Positions 31,411 through 32,000 of a stretch of DNA of 32,000 bases are shown one piece after another. The DNA lies in NCBI RefSeq assembly GCF_001618065.1, contig NZ_LAEI01000041.1:196948-228947 (forward strand), read 5' to 3'. A program made the position numbers and the translations under genes. The notes beneath the pieces were generated by a model that was not told the origin of the DNA, ran no database searches, and saw only the letters and a list, made by a program, of their open reading frames with translations. The DNA comes from Neisseria flavescens (GTDB lineage Bacteria; Pseudomonadota; Gammaproteobacteria; Burkholderiales; Neisseriaceae). The stretch's first letter is position 1; each line of letters starts with the position of its first letter.

Positions 31411-32000
31411 TCAGACGGCCTTCATGATGCGTTCGATTTCGTGCCAAAAGCCGTCCGGCCGTAATTCCAAAACGGCAATCAAGCCTTGGTCGATACGGCG
31501 GATTTCGGTTTCGTTCAATGTTTCGGTTTCGGCAACACGCGCAGGCGCGAGGTAGGCCATGCGGTCGAGCAGGTGATAGCGCGATTCTTGGCGTTCAAAC
31601 CCATATTCCGCCCAATCTTGAATATAGATGCCGCGCCAGCCGTATGGATTAAGTGGCGGCTCAAAAGCATGGAAACCTTGCGGAAAAAAGCTGATGCCGC
31701 GCACGATGGAAGCAGGAAGCAGATTTTCCGGCAGGCCTTGTGCGGTTAAGGCTGCTTTGCCTTGCGGCGTATGCAGCAGCTGGGATTGCTGCACCAGTTT
31801 GGCAACTTTGTCCGTCAGCGTGTCTTTAGTGTTGAGGCCGCGTAGGTTTTGCACTTGGTCTCCGCCGTAGTATTTACACGCCAGCTCGATATGGTAGGGC
31901 TGTTGGTTGAGGGAAGCGACAAAATCTGCTGCGCCTAAGGTTTGGCCGTCTGAAAAAACGGGCAGATTGTATGCGTGCAGTTCGGCGTGTGGCGCGTTGG
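31411..32000 (-). CDS. Conserved hypothetical protein, 5'-truncated by the window edge
   Basis: The frame stays open upstream of the listed GTG (31854) to position 32000 (..NAPHAELHAYNLPVFSDGQTLGAADFVASLNQQPYHIELACKYYGGDQ-VQNLRG..). I cannot assign a family confidently. Confidence 0.5.
   Translation of the reverse strand, partial: NAPHAELHAYNLPVFSDGQTLGAADFVASLNQQPYHIELACKYYGGDQVQNLRGLNTKDTLTDKVAKLVQQSQLLHTPQGKAALTAQGLPENLLPASIVRGISFFPQGFHAFEPPLNPYGWRGIYIQDWAEYGFERQESRYHLLDRMAYLAPARVAETETLNETEIRRIDQGLIAVLELRPDGFWHEIERIMKAV

Noticed and set aside
31376-31447. The 24-codon N-terminal extension of the rsmB track ORF.
   Set aside because: It would overlap the end of the upstream gene (stop at 31411) by 37 nt. 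The internal ATG at 31375 gives an RsmB-length protein.

Overview
This is a Neisseria-type chromosomal segment. The 10-mer GCCGTCTGAA (DNA uptake sequence, DUS) occurs many times, mostly as inverted pairs after genes and mostly in the AG-DUS form AGGCCGTCTGAA. That dialect points to a commensal Neisseria rather than N. meningitidis or N. gonorrhoeae. Left to right, the window holds: (1) the glgX 3' end and glgP (glycogen catabolism). (2) A minus-strand island with an AT-rich, Fur-box-bearing promoter region. It encodes an unusually large TonB-dependent receptor (1210 aa), a 314-aa secreted Cys-free protein with a TbpB/hemophilin-type C-terminal barrel signature, and a Slam (DUF560) outer-membrane translocon. 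I read this as a Slam-dependent hemophore-type uptake module, and it is my top candidate for the interesting system. (3) Housekeeping genes: ribB(A) with an in-frame HTH extension, a DUF4230-like gene, tsaE-amiC and pheA. (4) An rtcB-prfH (RtcB2 / release factor H) ribosome rescue-repair pair, preceded by an unexplained promoter, mini-ORF and hairpin leader. (5) A roughly 7.4-kb Nf/MDA-like filamentous (inovirus) prophage: Rep, putative ssDNA-binding protein, major coat, minor coats, pIII/TspB-like adsorption protein and Zot-like ATPase. It carries an IS110-family DEDD recombinase instead of a tyrosine integrase, and the recombinase is preceded by a roughly 300-nt densely structured non-coding segment. 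(6) A complete tolC / ABC (C39-like domain) / HlyD type I secretion operon with no substrate gene in the window. (7) An rsmB-like methyltransferase and a 5'-truncated hypothetical gene. I saw no rRNA, tRNA or CRISPR array. All functional calls come from motif and family recognition by eye. No BLAST or HMM search could be run.
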